Assembly: GCA_963514005.1 (NCBI GenBank)
Contig: OY740794.1
Coordinates: forward strand, 42,780,001 to 42,844,000
Direction: 5' to 3'
DNA length: 64,000 nt
DNA from: Raja brachyura
Lineage: Eukaryota
The notes beneath the pieces were generated by a model. It did no database searches. It was not told the DNA's origin and saw nothing but the letters and a program-made list of their open reading frames with translations. Shown piece after piece: positions 61,940 to 64,000 of this stretch (the first letter of the stretch is position 1; each line of letters begins with the position of its first letter). The translations under genes were made by a program, and so were the position numbers.

Positions 61940-62290
61940 TGGGGTAACTCATCCGGTCAGGCAGCATCTCTGGAGAAGGGTCTCAACTCGAAACGTCACC
62001 CATCCATGTTCTCCAGAGATGGACACAAGGTGCTGGAGTAGCTCAGTGGCTCAGGCAGCATCTCTGGAGAAGGGTCTCAACTCGAAACGTCACCCATCCA
62101 TGTTCTCTAGAGATGGACACAATGTGCTGGAGTCGCTCAGTGGCTCAGGCAGCATCTCTGGAGAAAAAGGACGGGTAACGTTTTGAGTCGGGTCCCTTCT
62201 CCTGATCTTTTCCAGAGATGCTGGCTGAGCTGCTGAGTTACGCCACTTTGTTTCATTTTGTGTATTAACAAGCTTCGGCAGTTCTTTGTT
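61940..62290. repeat. 94-bp tandem repeat built from Penelope pLTR pieces
   Basis: TCAGGCAGCATCTCTGGAGA recurs at 61957, 62051 and 62145. Confidence 0.88.
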
Positions 62291-63263
62291 TCGATGCTGA
62301 TGAATAAATTGGCTACCAGTTGGCTATTTTACACCAAGGGAATTAAGAGTGCTAAGTTGTCATATACACCGGATATGAACGGGAGCAATGACATTCTTAC
62401 AGCGACTACACTTCAGAGATATTTATTAACTGTAAAGCACAATCAAACTTATTGAACGAGGCAAGTGAGCCACTCTATAAATGCATAATTTTCTTTTGCT
62501 TGATTGAATGGATTGAGCTACCGTGACCTTTGGCCAACTCAGCCTTGCTTTCTGCAAGTCTGTTTGTGAAGGTCAGTGGTACGGATTTTAGTTTCTTTGT
62601 GCAAGGGCCTTTGTTTGTTTGTTGCGTCCCTTCAAGTTCCCAGACAGAAGGTTCAGTTCCCCCATGCAGCTGCCTCATATTTCACTGGATTCAATCGGCA
62701 GCCTGGGCTCTTTTGTATTCGCCTTCGCTCCTCGCCTTCCATTATACTTCTCTTGGCTCTGTGAGACTGACCTGGAAGCATGAGTTCCAATTTCAAGGCA
62801 GCCCAGAGTCAAGGATTGTTACAAAGAGTTCACTCTGTTCATTGTAAACCTTTAAATTTACAGCTGTCAGTGGCTGTGGGGAGTAAGCAGGAGAATGGGG
62901 TTGGGAGGGCGAGATAGCTCAGCCATGATTGCATGGCGGAGAAGACCGAATGGCCTAATTCTACTCCTATCACTTATGACCTAAATTTCAGCAAGTTTAT
63001 CTGACATGTTATGCAGAGATGTTTTCTGTTTCCCATTATGATCAAAAGAGCATGTCCCTGCCATTCCTAGAAATCTGAAACAAGAACCGAAAATGGCACA
63101 ATAATCAGGAGGTCAGGCAGCGTCTGCGAATAAGGAACCTGGAAATCTTTGATCGGAATTATGTACTCCACTTCCTCAGTCTATTTTTTCCCAAAGAAGC
63201 TGCTCGATCTGCTGAAATATATTTCCTGCATTTCCAGCTTTCTTTTCAGCGTTGAAGCGTTTC

Positions 63264-63405
63264 AATAGACAATAGACGATAGGTGCAGGAGTAGGCCATT
63301 CGGTCCTTCGAGCCAGCACCGCCATTCAATGTGATCATGGCTGATCATCCACAATCCGTACCCCGTTCCTGCCTTCTCCCCATATCCCCTGACTCCGCTA
63401 TCTTT
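63264..63405 (-). mobile_element. CR1/HER1 3' terminus
   Basis: (CAATAGA)n tail and UTR nearly identical to 26384-26510. Confidence 0.88.
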
Positions 63406-63579
63406 ACGGGCTGTTTCTAAGAATCTCTTTGTGGGCTTGGTTCACAGTGTCTCTCACTGTGAGTCTCTCACGACACAGTGAAGAAGAGAGCCGAGGCAAC
63501 CTACGTGTGGGAAGAGGCAATCAGTAGCAGTGCCCTACAATTCCAGCCAGCTGCAAGAACTGACCGATCCAGCTTAGAC

Positions 63580-63720
63580 TTGATTGATTGATTAATTGAT
63601 TTGATTGATACTTTATTGTCACGTGTACTTGGTACAGTGAAACTCTTTGTTTTGCATAGACTACACAAGTATGCAAAGAGTCACCATGTGCAGGGTGCCG
63701 ATAAAGGTACAAAAGTATTC
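63580..63720 (-). mobile_element. Rex-tailed non-autonomous element 3' end
   Basis: (GATT)n followed by ACTTTATTGTCACGTG..CAGTGAAA. Confidence 0.6.
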
Positions 63721-64000
63721 AATATAGTTCCATGGTCAAGTATTTCACTGCCTTTTCTTAATTCATAAGGTCAATTTTTTGAGGTTAGTCACCTGTTTAT
63801 TATCCTGTGTTTTCTCAGTTATATCTATGTACCTGTACCATTTAGCTATTGCTTGCTTCTACCCTGTTCTCAGGATCTTGATTGTGAGCACGACCTCCTA
63901 GGGTTCATCATATAAGCATTTAATGTTCCAGTTGCTTTGCCTTTCCCTTTTCTTGTTTTAAGCCATCTGACCTTCCATTCACCGCCCCTTGGCAGTTTGC

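Overview
Repeat-rich eukaryotic DNA from a cartilaginous fish, probably a skate or ray (inferred from HE1-type V-SINEs, HER1/CR1 LINEs and Penelope repeats). I recognise no host protein-coding gene, so it looks like a large intron or gene desert with several candidate conserved non-coding blocks. The first 11.6 kb holds two full-length, slightly decayed DIRS1-type tyrosine-recombinase retrotransposons of different families, head-to-head (936-5717 minus; 6238-11577 plus). Each has gag, RT-RNaseH-methyltransferase and YR regions, ITRs and an internal complementary region (ICR). Most interesting signal: both divergent copies conserve the same canonical splice signals at equivalent positions. These predict an unspliced gag RNA, a gag-skipping pol RNA, and a doubly spliced RNA in which nearly the whole pol ORF is an intron and the pol ATG-GAG joins the YR in frame; a ~570-nt non-coding ITR+ICR mini-RNA is also possible. 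The rest is HE1 SINEs, CR1, Rex1/Babar, RTE and Penelope fragments (many as fold-backs with hammerhead cores and 11-16 bp TSDs) and PIF/Harbinger-type MITEs. Boundaries of degenerate repeats are approximate; all classifications come from reading the sequence, not from database searches.
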